Sequence record: MT782071.1
Length of the DNA: 64,000 bases
DNA from: Escherichia phage JN02
Strand: one strand, 5' to 3'
Of this stretch, positions 53,528-64,000 are shown in pieces. The position numbers and the translations under genes were made by a program. The number at the start of each line of letters is the position of its first letter. Positions within the stretch are counted from its first letter, which is position 1. The notes under the pieces were generated by a model, which made no database searches, was not told where the DNA came from, and was given only the letters and a program-made list of their open reading frames with translations.

Positions 53528-53926
53528 TTACACTCTATTGCTTGACGCTAGCTGAAGTTTAATTTGTTCAATATCGTCAGGGTTGTCTACGACCGAAAAT
53601 CTAATCTCTACTATAACCGTATAGTCATCATATACTGGCGTTACACTCACAGAAAGTTTGTCGATGCGTGGCTCATAGTTACGAACAGCTGCCTGGATAT
53701 TACGCTCAATCGTATCGGCTGTAAGTGGTGTCATGTTCTCGAAAAGTTCATCAACCAAATCGCATCCAAATTCAGGGTCGAAGGGGCGTGAGCCTTTTCT
53801 AGTTGTCACTATGCCAAGAAGACTATTTTTAATAGAACGAAGTCCTACAGAACGAGCAACGTCCTTGTTCCAATCCATACGCATTTCTGGGTCGATATCT
53901 GAATAAAGTTTATTGATATTAGACAT
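53528..53926 (-). CDS. 25: Baseplate wedge protein gp25
   Basis: 132 aa as in T4. Confidence 0.9.
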   Translation of the reverse strand: MSNINKLYSDIDPEMRMDWNKDVARSVGLRSIKNSLLGIVTTRKGSRPFDPEFGCDLVDELFENMTPLTADTIERNIQAAVRNYEPRIDKLSVSVTPVYDDYTVIVEIRFSVVDNPDDIEQIKLQLASSNRV

Positions 53927-54552
53927 TATAGTAACTCAAAGAATTCTTTGAGGCCTCGTATTGTGTGAACGTGTGACGCCCCACATTTGGGACATTTAAT
54001 AGGGGTTGCCAGATAAATTGATGGCGATACTAAAAGATTTTTAATATTGATCATGTCATCTTCTGTTATAAGGCCGTAAAGGTCGTTTATTTCTGCTTCA
54101 GTTAAATCTTCAACAGGGATGGACTCTCCATTGACAAAAACGGCCTCAATACATGAAGCAATCATTAATGCGATATTTTTATCGTCAAATAATTTAGGTT
54201 GACGGAACTTAATTTTAATACCACTGAACGAATACCAGGGATCGGCCTGTTCATCTAATTGAGTGTGCAATAAATTCATATAGACTTGAAATGAATGCCC
54301 ACAGGAACAATTCCAGGTGTGTTCTTGATTCACTTCACCTAATGAATGTGCCCACAGATTTACCAACAATAACTCGGCTTCTTGTTTAGTCAAGTTTTTA
54401 GCGTTAGAGCAATTAGTGATAATATTGTTCACTGCTGATTCAATAGTACCAGTAGCTCGCGCACCTATGAGTCCTAAATATTCTTTTAAAGTAAAGGCTC
54501 TACAATTCACTTCTTTATCGCCTAAACGTACGGTAAACGTATATTTGTACAT
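53926..54552 (-). CDS. 26: Baseplate hub protein gp26
   Basis: 208 aa as in T4. Confidence 0.85.
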   Translation of the reverse strand: MYKYTFTVRLGDKEVNCRAFTLKEYLGLIGARATGTIESAVNNIITNCSNAKNLTKQEAELLLVNLWAHSLGEVNQEHTWNCSCGHSFQVYMNLLHTQLDEQADPWYSFSGIKIKFRQPKLFDDKNIALMIASCIEAVFVNGESIPVEDLTEAEINDLYGLITEDDMINIKNLLVSPSIYLATPIKCPKCGASHVHTIRGLKEFFELL

Positions 54553-54570
54553 GTTAACTCCTTTATTGTG

Positions 54571-54578
54571 TATTTATA
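54571..54578 (-). promoter_or_regulatory. Late promoter TATAAATA on minus strand (gene 26)
   Basis: Plus-strand tatttata overlapping the gene 51 promoter. Confidence 0.5.
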
Positions 54579-54582
54579 AATA
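54575..54582 (+). promoter_or_regulatory. Late promoter TATAAATA (gene 51)
   Basis: Exact octamer 18 nt upstream of ATG. Confidence 0.6.
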
Positions 54583-54599
54583 ATAGAAAAGGAGTAATT

Positions 54600-55352
54600 A
54601 TGGCTAATATAATTCGTTGTAAATTACCGGATGGTGTTCATCGTTTTAAGCCGTTCACTGTGGCGGATTATAGAGACTTTTTACTAGTTAGAAATGATAT
54701 CGAACATCGTTCGCCGCAAGAACAAAAAGAAATAATTGCCGATCTGATTGATGATTATTTTGGCGAGTACCCTAAAACATGGCAACCATTTATATTCCTG
54801 CAAGTTTTTGCAGGCTCTATAGGCAAAACAAAAGTTCCTGTTATTTTCACTTGCCCTAAATGCTCTAAAGAAAAAACCGCACCATTTGAGATATATCAAA
54901 AAGAACTAGTCGAACCTGAACTTGATGTTGCTGGTATAAAAATACGTTTTTCTTTCCCTGAAAAGTTTTATGACAATAAAGCATTAATGATAAGTGAAAA
55001 CATAAAAGAAATATATTATAATGATGAATGGTACCCATGGAATGATTTGACTGAAGAGAACCAAATCCAAGTAATAGAAGCAATAGACATTGACTCGCTC
55101 GAGAAGGTTATTGCTTCTATGAACCCTATTAATTTGACCCTTAGATTAGGTTGTTGTGAACGTCATGTTAAAACATATACTGATATCTTAGAGGTTTTTA
55201 AATTGTTAGTTAACCCTGATGAGATTTTTACATTCTATCAGATAAACCATTCACTAGTAAAGAGTCAATACACATTGGATTCTATTATGCAAATGATTCC
55301 TGTTGAACGTGGTATTGCTTTAACATTAGTAGAAAAGGACCATAAAAAATGA
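54600..55352 (+). CDS. 51: Baseplate hub assembly protein gp51
   Basis: 250 aa. Confidence 0.85.
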   Translation: MANIIRCKLPDGVHRFKPFTVADYRDFLLVRNDIEHRSPQEQKEIIADLIDDYFGEYPKTWQPFIFLQVFAGSIGKTKVPVIFTCPKCSKEKTAPFEIYQKELVEPELDVAGIKIRFSFPEKFYDNKALMISENIKEIYYNDEWYPWNDLTEENQIQVIEAIDIDSLEKVIASMNPINLTLRLGCCERHVKTYTDILEVFKLLVNPDEIFTFYQINHSLVKSQYTLDSIMQMIPVERGIALTLVEKDHKK

Positions 55353-56521
55353 CAGTATTCCAACGTCCAGGATATCCTAACTTAAGCGTTAAATTATACC
55401 AAGATTATTCGGCTTGGCAAGAAAATAGATACGTTGAACTCGCAGCAACAATAACAACTTTAACCATGCGAGATTCGCTATATGGAAGAAATGAAGGGAT
55501 TCTTCAATTTTATGACACTAAAAACATCCACACTAAAATGGACGGTAGACAGATAGTCCAAATCTCTGTTTCAAATTCAAACACACCTCTCCAAGTTAGA
55601 ACTCGAATTTACGGATGTAGACATTATTCTGTGTCTGTGGACTCAAAAGGTGACAATATTATTGCAATTGAGCTTGGAACAATACATTCTATAGAGAACC
55701 TTAAATTTGGGCGACCATTCTTCTCAGACGCAGGAGAATCTATACGTGAAATGTTAGGTGTCATATATAAAGACCGTACGTTAATTACTCCGCCAATAAA
55801 CACTATTAACGCTTATGTTCCTGATATTCCTTGGACAAGCACATTTGATGATTATTTGGCATATGTCAGAGAATTAGGACTTGCTACAGCGAGTGATAAG
55901 TTCGTATTCGTATGGCAAGATATTTTAGGCGTAAACATGATTGACTATGATACTCTTATTGGTCAGGAAGGCATTAAGATGATTGTAGGCGAGCCAAATA
56001 CTGTAGGTCAGTATATTCAAGAGCTTGAGTATCCATTAGTATGGGATTTCACCTGGATGACTAAAGCTAACCAATTTACAAGAGACCCTATTAAAAACGC
56101 CACGATATTCGCTCATTCATTTTTAGATACATCTATTCCGGTTATTGTTACAGGTGATGGTGATAATGCTATTCTTGTGTCAAGATCTGGTGGATATTCC
56201 GAAATGACCTATCGTAATGGATTTGAAGAAGCAAGTCGTCTTCAGACAATGGCTCAATATGATGGATATGCTAAATGCACTACTACAGGTAATTTTAACA
56301 TAACGCCTGCTACTAAAATTATATTTGTTGACCAAAAGAACCAATTCAAATCCGAATTTTACGTCGATGAAGTTATTCATGAGTTATCAAATAATAACTC
56401 ACAAACTCATCTGTACATGTTTACCAACTCAATGGTGTTAGAACCTGTTAACCCAGTTAAGGTTAAAAATGAACTTAAATCTGATTCTACCTCTAAAGAA
56501 AATAATTCTACCACAGTCTAA
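55349..56521 (+). CDS. 27: Baseplate hub protein gp27
   Basis: 390 aa. Confidence 0.9.
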   Translation: MTVFQRPGYPNLSVKLYQDYSAWQENRYVELAATITTLTMRDSLYGRNEGILQFYDTKNIHTKMDGRQIVQISVSNSNTPLQVRTRIYGCRHYSVSVDSKGDNIIAIELGTIHSIENLKFGRPFFSDAGESIREMLGVIYKDRTLITPPINTINAYVPDIPWTSTFDDYLAYVRELGLATASDKFVFVWQDILGVNMIDYDTLIGQEGIKMIVGEPNTVGQYIQELEYPLVWDFTWMTKANQFTRDPIKNATIFAHSFLDTSIPVIVTGDGDNAILVSRSGGYSEMTYRNGFEEASRLQTMAQYDGYAKCTTTGNFNITPATKIIFVDQKNQFKSEFYVDEVIHELSNNNSQTHLYMFTNSMVLEPVNPVKVKNELKSDSTSKENNSTTV

Positions 56522-57002
56522 TAAAAAGGTAATGATTCCTAAATTAGGGCTCAAACATTATAATCTTTTAAAGGACGTTAAAGGTCCTGACGAAAACATG
56601 AAAATCTTAGCCGATTCTATTTGTAAAAATATGAGTCCTGCAGATTTTGATTTTGCATGTCTACACATATTGGAATTTAATAACAAACTTAAGTCTGAAG
56701 TTGAAAAAGACGGATTCACTTATAAACTAGATGACGTCTATGTATGCCAACGAACAGAATTCCAATTTCAAGGTAATACTTTTTATTTTAGACCCCCAGG
56801 CAAATTTGAACAATTCGCTACAATCAGTGAAATGCTATCAAATTGCTTAATAAAAGTTAATGACGAAGAGAAAGAAATTTCTTTCCTTGAGATGCCTGCT
56901 TTTGTAATCAAATGGGCAGAAGACCTTTCGACAACTATTGCTATTCCAGGCCCTAATGGCCCTATTAAGGGTATAGCAGAAATTATTGGATTGCTTGAAT
57001 GA
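56469..57002 (+). CDS. 28: Baseplate distal hub protein gp28
   Basis: 177 aa as in T4; overlaps gp27 by 53 nt. Confidence 0.85.
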   Translation: MNLNLILPLKKIILPQSNKKVMIPKLGLKHYNLLKDVKGPDENMKILADSICKNMSPADFDFACLHILEFNNKLKSEVEKDGFTYKLDDVYVCQRTEFQFQGNTFYFRPPGKFEQFATISEMLSNCLIKVNDEEKEISFLEMPAFVIKWAEDLSTTIAIPGPNGPIKGIAEIIGLLE

Positions 57003-58771
57003 AACCTGAAGAAATGAAATCCATGCGTAGAAATAAGGTCATTGCCGATAATAAACCACAAAAAGTAGCTGCAACAGCAGCTACTGATTCATTAGAAGCA
57101 TTGAATGACATTTCATCAAAACTAGACGATGTCCAAGCCGCGTCTGAACTCACATCACAAAGTGTAGAAGATAAAGGCAATGGAATTATTGAATCAATTG
57201 GAGACTTAAAGAATTCGACAGATAATACTGCTGAAGGCACAGAGCTTATCGCAGAAGTTATTGAAAAACAAACTGAAGTCGCTAAAAGTATAAACGAAGT
57301 TTCTAGTGCAATAAGCTCTAAGTTAGACCGATTAGCTACATTATTAGAGCAAAAATTACAAACATCTACCGCTATTCAAAATACAGGAGGCACCTCTCTT
57401 GAAGTAATTGAGAACGCAATACCTGTTAAAGTGGTTGAGAATGAAACTTCTGATGAGCTGTTTAAAGCATTACCTACACCTGAAAAGATTGATAATAAGC
57501 CAGACGAAGATTTCTTCCCAACCCCGGTTCAAGAAAGTGCTAATTCTACTTCCGATTCTAAAGGTGGAATTAGCTTTAAATTGAGCGATAAAATTGCAAT
57601 GCTCACCAAAACAGTTCAAACCGGGTTTAATAAATCAATATCAATTTCAGACAGAATTGCTGGAATGCTTTTCAAATACACTATAACGGCTGCTATTGAA
57701 GCAGCAAAAATGGCCGCACTTATTCTTGGTATTGTTATCGGTATTGATTTATTGATAGTCCATTTCAAATATTGGACAGACAAGTTCACTTCTGCCTGGG
57801 ATTTATTTGATGAAAACTTTACTAAATTCTCCGATGAAGCTAAAGAGTGGGGTAAATTCTTAAGTGATATATTCACTTCTATTGACTCGATAAAACAATT
57901 GTGGGAAGCTGGAGACTGGGGTGGTTTAACAGTTGCTATTGTCAAAGGTGTAGGAACAGCATTAATGAACTTAGGCGAACTAATTCAATTAGGAATGGCT
58001 AAACTCTCCGCGTCTATATTGCGTGCTATAGGTTTTGGTGATACCGCAGACGAAATAGAAGGACGTGCTTTAGAAGGATTCCAAGAAACTACTGGGAACA
58101 AATTAAAGAAAGAAGACCAAGAGAAAGTCGCTAAATATCAAATGAAACGTGACGATGGGGAATTAGGAACCGTTTCTAAAGGTCTTGATATGTTACAACG
58201 CGGCAAAACATTCGTTACTAACTGGGTTCGTGGTAATGACAATAAAGAAGAGTTTAGTACAAGCGATGAGCGTGCTGCGGAATCAGCAAAATTAAAAGAG
58301 TTACCTGAAGAGGAGCGTAAAGAGGCGTATATAAAAGCTAATGAAACTCGTGCGGCACTGGTTAGATTTGAGGATTATATCGATAAAATCGATATGACTA
58401 ATCCGGAAAATGCTAAAAACGTCGAGAAGTCTTATGCTGATTTAAGTAAACTTATTAAAGACCCTGAACTTAATAAAACTCCTGTTGTTAAAAAGGAATT
58501 AGATGCTAGATTTGAAAAGCTAAATAATAAAATGGCTGAAGCCAAAAAGGCTCAGACAACAGTTAAGCCTGAATCTTCGACTAAATCTCCGGAAGCAAAA
58601 CAAGTTCAGTCAATAGAGAAAGGACGTGCTTCTGAATCTAAACAACAGCAACCGGTAGCGGCGATTAGTAACACAAATAATGTCGTCAAAAAGAATACCG
58701 TAGTCCAGAATATGACCCCTGTAACAAGTACAACGGCTCCTGGAATTTTCCATGCCACCGGTGTTAATTAA
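56999..58771 (+). CDS. 29: Tail length tape-measure / baseplate hub protein gp29
   Basis: 590 aa as in T4. Confidence 0.9.
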   Translation: MKPEEMKSMRRNKVIADNKPQKVAATAATDSLEALNDISSKLDDVQAASELTSQSVEDKGNGIIESIGDLKNSTDNTAEGTELIAEVIEKQTEVAKSINEVSSAISSKLDRLATLLEQKLQTSTAIQNTGGTSLEVIENAIPVKVVENETSDELFKALPTPEKIDNKPDEDFFPTPVQESANSTSDSKGGISFKLSDKIAMLTKTVQTGFNKSISISDRIAGMLFKYTITAAIEAAKMAALILGIVIGIDLLIVHFKYWTDKFTSAWDLFDENFTKFSDEAKEWGKFLSDIFTSIDSIKQLWEAGDWGGLTVAIVKGVGTALMNLGELIQLGMAKLSASILRAIGFGDTADEIEGRALEGFQETTGNKLKKEDQEKVAKYQMKRDDGELGTVSKGLDMLQRGKTFVTNWVRGNDNKEEFSTSDERAAESAKLKELPEEERKEAYIKANETRAALVRFEDYIDKIDMTNPENAKNVEKSYADLSKLIKDPELNKTPVVKKELDARFEKLNNKMAEAKKAQTTVKPESSTKSPEAKQVQSIEKGRASESKQQQPVAAISNTNNVVKKNTVVQNMTPVTSTTAPGIFHATGVN

Positions 58772-58779
58772 GGATTATT

Positions 58780-59889
58780 ATGATTAGTGTAAAAGAAATA
58801 GTAGTAGATGCAAAGGATTTAAATAAAGCAATCCCAGTCTCAGAAAGTGCTGGGCAAAGCACTAAAACCGAAACAACTACTAAAACTTATGTTGCTCAAT
58901 TTCCTACAGGAAGAGCAGCCGGAAATGACTCCACAGGAGACTTCCAGGTAACAGACCTTTATAAGAATGGATTATTATTTACCGCGTACAATATGTCTGC
59001 ACGCGATTCAGGATCCCTCAGGAATTTACGCCCGGCATATGCCGGCACTTCATCTAATGGTATCATATCAGATTTAACTGATAATGTGAAAGATGCAGTG
59101 ACTAAATTCTCTAATGGGTTGCTTCCTGCTGGAGCTAATAAACCTACTATAAATAAAACTCCTGTTGCTAATATACTTTTGCCACGTTCCAAATCTGATG
59201 TTGATACAACTTCACATCGTTTTAATGATATCGGCGATAGCCTTATTACTAAAGGTGGAGGTACTGCTACGGGTGTTTTAAGTAACATTGCTTCTACTGC
59301 AGTTTTTGGTGCATTAGATTCTATTACTCAAGGGCTTATGGCTGATAATAACGAACAGATTTATACGACTTCTCGTAGTATGTATGGCGGTGCTGAGAAC
59401 CGTACTAAAGTCTTTACATGGGATTTAACTCCGCGTTCAACTGAAGACCTTATGGCTATTATAAACATTTACCAGTATTTTAACTATTTCTCATATGGTG
59501 AGACCGGTAAATCACAGTACGCCCAAGAGATTAAAAGTTATTTAGACGAATGGTACCGTTCAACGTTTATTGAGCCTATGACACCAGATGATGCGGTAAA
59601 AAATAAGACATTGTTTGAAAAGATTACTGCGTCATTAACAAACGTATTAGTTGTAAGCAACCCTACAATTTGGATGGTTAAAAACTTTGGTTATACGTCT
59701 AAATTTGATGGATTAACTGACGTATTTGGCCCATGTCAAATTCAAAGCGTACGTTTTGATAAAACTCCAAATGGACAATTTAATGGTCTCGCTGTTGCTC
59801 CTAACTTACCGTCAACATTTACGTTAGAGATAACAATGCGAGAAATTATTACATTAAACCGTTCTTCACTTTATGCGGGGACTTTCTAA
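58780..59889 (+). CDS. 48: Baseplate tail tube cap protein gp48
   Basis: 369 aa. Confidence 0.9.
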   Translation: MISVKEIVVDAKDLNKAIPVSESAGQSTKTETTTKTYVAQFPTGRAAGNDSTGDFQVTDLYKNGLLFTAYNMSARDSGSLRNLRPAYAGTSSNGIISDLTDNVKDAVTKFSNGLLPAGANKPTINKTPVANILLPRSKSDVDTTSHRFNDIGDSLITKGGGTATGVLSNIASTAVFGALDSITQGLMADNNEQIYTTSRSMYGGAENRTKVFTWDLTPRSTEDLMAIINIYQYFNYFSYGETGKSQYAQEIKSYLDEWYRSTFIEPMTPDDAVKNKTLFEKITASLTNVLVVSNPTIWMVKNFGYTSKFDGLTDVFGPCQIQSVRFDKTPNGQFNGLAVAPNLPSTFTLEITMREIITLNRSSLYAGTF

Positions 59890-60851
59890 TGTACTCTTTA
59901 GAAGAATTTAATAACCAAGCTATAAATGCAGATTTCCAACGAAACAATATGTTTAGTTGTGTATTTGCTACTACACCATCGACTAAATCATCTTCACTAA
60001 TTTCGTCAATTGGTAGTTTTGCTTATAATAACTTAGGGTTGAATTCTGATTGGTTAGGATTGACTCAAGGTGATATCAATCAGGGCGTAACAACCCTGAT
60101 TACAGCAGGAACACAGAAATTAATTCGAAAATCAGGTGTAAGTAAATATCTGATTGGAGCAATGAGTCAACGTACGGTACAAAGCTTGTTAGGTGAGTTC
60201 ACAGTAGGAGCTTATCTGATAGACTTCTTCAATATGGCATATAATAATACAGGTTTAATGATTTATTCTGTAAAAATGCCTGAGAACCGATTATCTTATG
60301 AAACGGATTTCAACTATAACTCACCGAACATCCGAATTACCGGTCGTGAAATGGACCCGTTAGTAATAAGCTTTAGAATGGATTCTGAGGCATCTAACTT
60401 TAGAGCAATGCAAGACTGGGTAAACTCAGTCCAAGACCCTGTAACAGGTCTTCGTGCTTTACCACAAGACGTCGAAGCAGATATTCAGGTTAATTTACAT
60501 GCACGAAATGGTTTACCACATACCGCTGTCATGTTCACCGGATGTATTCCTGTTAGTGTCTCTTCTCCTGAGTTAACGTATGATGGTGATAATCAGATAA
60601 CAGTTTTTGATGTAACATTTGCTTATCGCGTTATGCAATCAGGTGCTGTAAATAGACAGGCTGCTTTAGAATGGCTGGAATCAGGACTTATTAGTAGTGT
60701 TTCAGGAATGTTTGGAAATAATCAGAATGATTCTGGTCTAGGAAGCGCAGTATCAAGACTTTCTAGATTAGGTGGGACTGCTGGAGGTGTGTCTAATATA
60801 AACACATTGACAGGTGTGGTGAATTCTGCGTCAAGAGTTTTAGGACTATAA
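59889..60851 (+). CDS. 54: Baseplate tail tube initiator protein gp54
   Basis: 320 aa as in T4. Confidence 0.9.
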   Translation: MYSLEEFNNQAINADFQRNNMFSCVFATTPSTKSSSLISSIGSFAYNNLGLNSDWLGLTQGDINQGVTTLITAGTQKLIRKSGVSKYLIGAMSQRTVQSLLGEFTVGAYLIDFFNMAYNNTGLMIYSVKMPENRLSYETDFNYNSPNIRITGREMDPLVISFRMDSEASNFRAMQDWVNSVQDPVTGLRALPQDVEADIQVNLHARNGLPHTAVMFTGCIPVSVSSPELTYDGDNQITVFDVTFAYRVMQSGAVNRQAALEWLESGLISSVSGMFGNNQNDSGLGSAVSRLSRLGGTAGGVSNINTLTGVVNSASRVLGL

Positions 60852-60852
60852 G

Positions 60853-60880
60853 AAAAAAGGGAGACGTTGTCTCCCTTTAG
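60853..60880. terminator. Bidirectional terminator (A6-gggagac-gtt-gtctccc-TTT)
   Basis: Perfect 7-bp hairpin between convergent gp54 and minus-strand ORF. Confidence 0.65.
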
Positions 60881-60884
60881 GGGT

Positions 60885-61178
60885 TTATTTACGGAATGAA
60901 AGGAATGCTGGTGCTCGGAATGGAGTATCATCTTTAGAGTATTTAACTAATACGACCATTGGTACCTCTGTTTCTAAATGACCTGTCACTACACCGATAA
61001 AAATTTGATCGGTGTGTTCAGGGTCACGAAAGTTTTTAAGAGGTTCCATAGCAATATGGAATGCACCTGGGAATACTCGATTCAATTCGTCAATCACAGC
61101 TTCGTTAAAAACATCATCCGCTGGGATAGCATCTTCAACTACTAGTTCTTGACCATTAAAGCGAAGCATAGATTTCAT
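60885..61178 (-). CDS. Hypothetical protein, about 97 aa, downstream of alt
   Basis: ORF track 60885..61250; Met at 61178 has AGGAAA Shine-Dalgarno and leaves room for the promoter at 61208..61237. Confidence 0.5.
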   Translation of the reverse strand: MKSMLRFNGQELVVEDAIPADDVFNEAVIDELNRVFPGAFHIAMEPLKNFRDPEHTDQIFIGVVTGHLETEVPMVVLVKYSKDDTPFRAPAFLSFRK

Positions 61179-61207
61179 AACGTTTTCCTCATGTTGTTGA
61201 TGGGATG

Positions 61208-61237
61208 ATAGTATCACACATCCATGTGTTTGTAAAC
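61208..61237 (-). promoter_or_regulatory. Early promoter cassette (-35 GTTTAC, -10 TACTAT)
   Basis: Minus-strand GTTTAC-N18-TACTAT. Confidence 0.5.
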
Positions 61238-63324
61238 TATCCTTGGACAAATTTAAACGGAACTGATTCTAAATCCATTAAAGATGCTAACAATTTCAAT
61301 CCTTTAGGAGCACTAGTTTTTTCTACAAATGAGGAGAACGATACCGGCTCATCTGATTCGATTTCACCCGTCATAGCAACCACCTCGCCTGTTTCCATGA
61401 GAACATCACCATCGTAAATGACAGCTTCGTCCAACTGGTCCGAGGACATGACTTCAGCTTGAATAAATTTAAGGTTGGATTCTAAACCTGCACCAGTGTC
61501 AGATGACGCATCTGTAATTTTATTTATCTGCAAGAGAATGCCTCTAGGCAAAATAATTTCTTGCTCATTAGGGTGATTACTCAACTGGCCGGGATAAATC
61601 ACGTTAACTTTATGGGCGCCATCAATAGCCCATCCAACGTTAACACGGATTTGTTCTGGTGCATGCATAGCTGTTCTTACTTGGCTAGGAGAAATAGTAA
61701 CACCTTCGTCATTATTATCAATGTTAAGCTCTTTGCGAACTTCTTCAGGAGCAAGTCCAAGGGCAACGTTCTCTTTAAACCCACCGAAAATAATAGGAGC
61801 TAGTGAAGTGGAAACATAGTTTCTGAAGTAGAATACCTTATTTTTAACCATTGCTTCGTAAATAGGCATTCTGATAGACTGAGCTCTATATAACGTTAGT
61901 CCTTCAGGTAAACGATCTCCATTTAAAAACGCTGAATCAAGACCATCAATAGCGCGTTTAACTTCATCTTCATCTGCAACATCGTAAAAATCTGGTTTAT
62001 AACGACCTAACAACATATTATTAATATCGATATATGCAGAAGAGGCATATTCACGAATAGCTCGTTTTTCAGCAACAGAGTATTGTTTAGGGTCCCGATT
62101 CATTGTTATATTAAAGGTGCCTCTAGCCGATTCTCGTGCATAAGTATACATCACATTAGACAAGAACGCTGATTTACGTTGTTTCCAAGTTCTTTCAGAT
62201 ACTTCAGCTAAAACGTCGTCGGGCAGTTGGAAATTATCACGTCTAAAATCTTCAAACCATTCGTCTTTAATAGAGTCTGCAATTTCATTTGCAGCTTCAA
62301 CAAAAGCAGCTAATGCTTTAACAGATGTTGTTTTTTCTGTTTTAATTTTCTTAGCAAACTTTTCTAAAGTTGGCTTAATAACACCACCATAAGAAACTTC
62401 ATCAGCAAATCTAAAGGATTCATCAATACGATTATAAATCTTATTTTCGATATCAGCAACTAAAGTGCCTTTTGCTGTGGACGATGCTTGGGCTAGTACG
62501 ATTTCATATGCTTCAGGAAGTAATTCGGCCGTAGCTGGGCCACTAACTTCTTTAGCAGAATTTTCGTATTTCTGGAATAACTCACCTTCTTGGCGGTCAG
62601 CTTCTAAAGATTGACTTGCTGCAATAGCACGACGAGAAATTTTAGTACGAGCAATAACAGGCTTATCTTTACGTTTTTCTTCTACAGCAGCAATAGAACC
62701 AGCAATAGCCGTTTCTTTGGTGACCTTTTCGCCAGTCTTTTTACTCACATAAACTTCGCCAACATCAGAATCTACTTTCGTGTACAACTCTGTGTTAATG
62801 TTAGGGATGCCTTTAATATCTTCAATGTTGGCATTTTTACGGACCATCATCACATAGGTGTGTTTACCTGTGAATTGATACATTGCCGACAATACTTTAA
62901 AACGACCACCGGTTTTAGTAGAAACTAAACGAGCAAGAAGAGTTTGAAGTTGCTGTCCGCGTCCTTTCAATTTCTTGGTAGGGAATCGGAACAGAACTGC
63001 ATCCATACGAAGAGCTTTAACCTGCTCATATACTGTATTGAAAATGGTGTTGATTGCATCAATAGGAGCAGGACCAAGGCCATTTTTCAATTCAGCGAGA
63101 TTACCCTTTTCAGACAGACTCATAATAACAACATGAGCGTATTTGTCGCCAAGTTTAACTTGTTTTACAGCATCGCCTTCAGAAAGGTAAGAGAATAAGC
63201 GAACTACGATGTTTGTATCAACATCACCAATTTTCCAGACTTGTGGAACTTTAGCTTTAGGGTTCAAATTGACGACAGGAAGACTGCCTTCAGATTCAAA
63301 CACTTCATTTAATTGTTCGGACAT
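61237..63324 (-). CDS. alt: ADP-ribosyltransferase Alt (capsid-packaged, injected)
   Basis: 695 aa; ART-like R/STS/ExE signature by eye (YRAQSIR, YVSTS, EQEIILPRG); position after gene 54 as in T4. Confidence 0.85.
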   Translation of the reverse strand: MSEQLNEVFESEGSLPVVNLNPKAKVPQVWKIGDVDTNIVVRLFSYLSEGDAVKQVKLGDKYAHVVIMSLSEKGNLAELKNGLGPAPIDAINTIFNTVYEQVKALRMDAVLFRFPTKKLKGRGQQLQTLLARLVSTKTGGRFKVLSAMYQFTGKHTYVMMVRKNANIEDIKGIPNINTELYTKVDSDVGEVYVSKKTGEKVTKETAIAGSIAAVEEKRKDKPVIARTKISRRAIAASQSLEADRQEGELFQKYENSAKEVSGPATAELLPEAYEIVLAQASSTAKGTLVADIENKIYNRIDESFRFADEVSYGGVIKPTLEKFAKKIKTEKTTSVKALAAFVEAANEIADSIKDEWFEDFRRDNFQLPDDVLAEVSERTWKQRKSAFLSNVMYTYARESARGTFNITMNRDPKQYSVAEKRAIREYASSAYIDINNMLLGRYKPDFYDVADEDEVKRAIDGLDSAFLNGDRLPEGLTLYRAQSIRMPIYEAMVKNKVFYFRNYVSTSLAPIIFGGFKENVALGLAPEEVRKELNIDNNDEGVTISPSQVRTAMHAPEQIRVNVGWAIDGAHKVNVIYPGQLSNHPNEQEIILPRGILLQINKITDASSDTGAGLESNLKFIQAEVMSSDQLDEAVIYDGDVLMETGEVVAMTGEIESDEPVSFSSFVEKTSAPKGLKLLASLMDLESVPFKFVQG

Positions 63325-63360
63325 AGTGTTTTCCTTTTAGTAATAATTTATATTTATGCC

Positions 63361-63380
63361 AAAAAGAGCCCGAAGGCTCT
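63361..63380 (-). terminator. Terminator (agagcc-UUCG-ggctct, T5 on minus strand)
   Basis: Hairpin and T-tract immediately downstream of ORF 63380..63610. Confidence 0.55.
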
Positions 63381-63568
63381 TAATCTACAATCGGGAGCAA
63401 AGTACGATAAACTTCAAAATTAGGGCCTTTTTCGTACTTATCAAAATTGTCCATAAAAATATGATAGGAATCGTTATTAGGAAAATCTAATACAATTTGG
63501 GAACAAGAGGTGGAAACATTGCGTCCATCTTTATTAGCGACAACTACTGTTTCTAAATAAGCTTTCAT
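63380..63568 (-). CDS. Hypothetical small protein, about 62 aa
   Basis: ORF track 63380..63610; start likely the internal Met just after the upstream stop. Confidence 0.45.
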   Translation of the reverse strand: MKAYLETVVVANKDGRNVSTSCSQIVLDFPNNDSYHIFMDNFDKYEKGPNFEVYRTLLPIVD

Positions 63569-63569
63569 A

Positions 63570-64000
63570 TTATAGACCAGTTTGAGACCAATCACCAAAT
63601 ACATCTTCAAATGAATCGGCCTCTGTTTTATCGAAACGCCAACCTTTAATAGTTGGAAGGAAAATACCTACAGTGCCTTCACGTCCTTTAGAATGAACCC
63701 AACCATTGCATTCACAATCAGCAATACGTCCAATCAATTTACCTTCACGAGCTTCAGACATTAATCGTTCGCGGTCCAAATCATGACGCTCATCTAAAGG
63801 AATAAGAACCTTTACACCATCAACTGTTTTATGAGTTGTATCTTTAAACCCTGAACCACAATCAGTTGTAATACGACGACAACGTGATACGAGTTCGACA
63901 CCACCTAATTTGTTAGGGTCTTTAGAGTGTTCATAGTATCCTACAACTTCTAAAGCGATATCAATAACTTCTTTAAATTTAATTAGGTTCTTAGAGCGTT
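63570..64000 (-). CDS. Hypothetical protein, C-terminal 143 codons only (5' end beyond window)
   Basis: Reading frame is open on the minus strand from the window edge to the stop at 63570 (checked codon by codon); the track's 63570..63779 ORF is its C-terminal part. Confidence 0.5.
   Translation of the reverse strand, partial: RSKNLIKFKEVIDIALEVVGYYEHSKDPNKLGGVELVSRCRRITTDCGSGFKDTTHKTVDGVKVLIPLDERHDLDRERLMSEAREGKLIGRIADCECNGWVHSKGREGTVGIFLPTIKGWRFDKTEADSFEDVFGDWSQTGL

Overview
This window is a segment of a T4-like (T-even type) myophage genome, recognised from protein sequences and gene order that match T4 as I recall them; no search was run. Coordinates 1-16591 are minus-strand early and accessory genes: denV, five genes for capsid-targeted internal-protein candidates, e lysozyme, nudE, about 25 small ORFs of unknown function, two tRNAs, 57B/57A and genes 1, 3, 2, 4. 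Coordinates 16653-45217 are the plus-strand late structural block, in T4 order: 53, 5, 5.1, 5.4, 6-12, wac, 13-15, terminase 16/17, 18, 19, 20, 67, 68, 21, 22, 23. After that come gene 24, rnlB, hoc, inh, uvsW, uvsY, 25, 26, 51, 27, 28, 29, 48, 54, alt and a partial ORF running off the 3' edge. The most interesting part is the hyperplastic region between nudE and 57B (about 2.4-13.1 kb), which is roughly twice the size I recall for T4 and is driven by repeated early-promoter cassettes. It holds the internal-protein candidates (likely injected, possibly anti-defence), a tandem triplet of paralogous small proteins, and a family of five small proteins sharing a C-terminal F-I-x-E-C-R motif. No CRISPR array, integrase or transposase was found.
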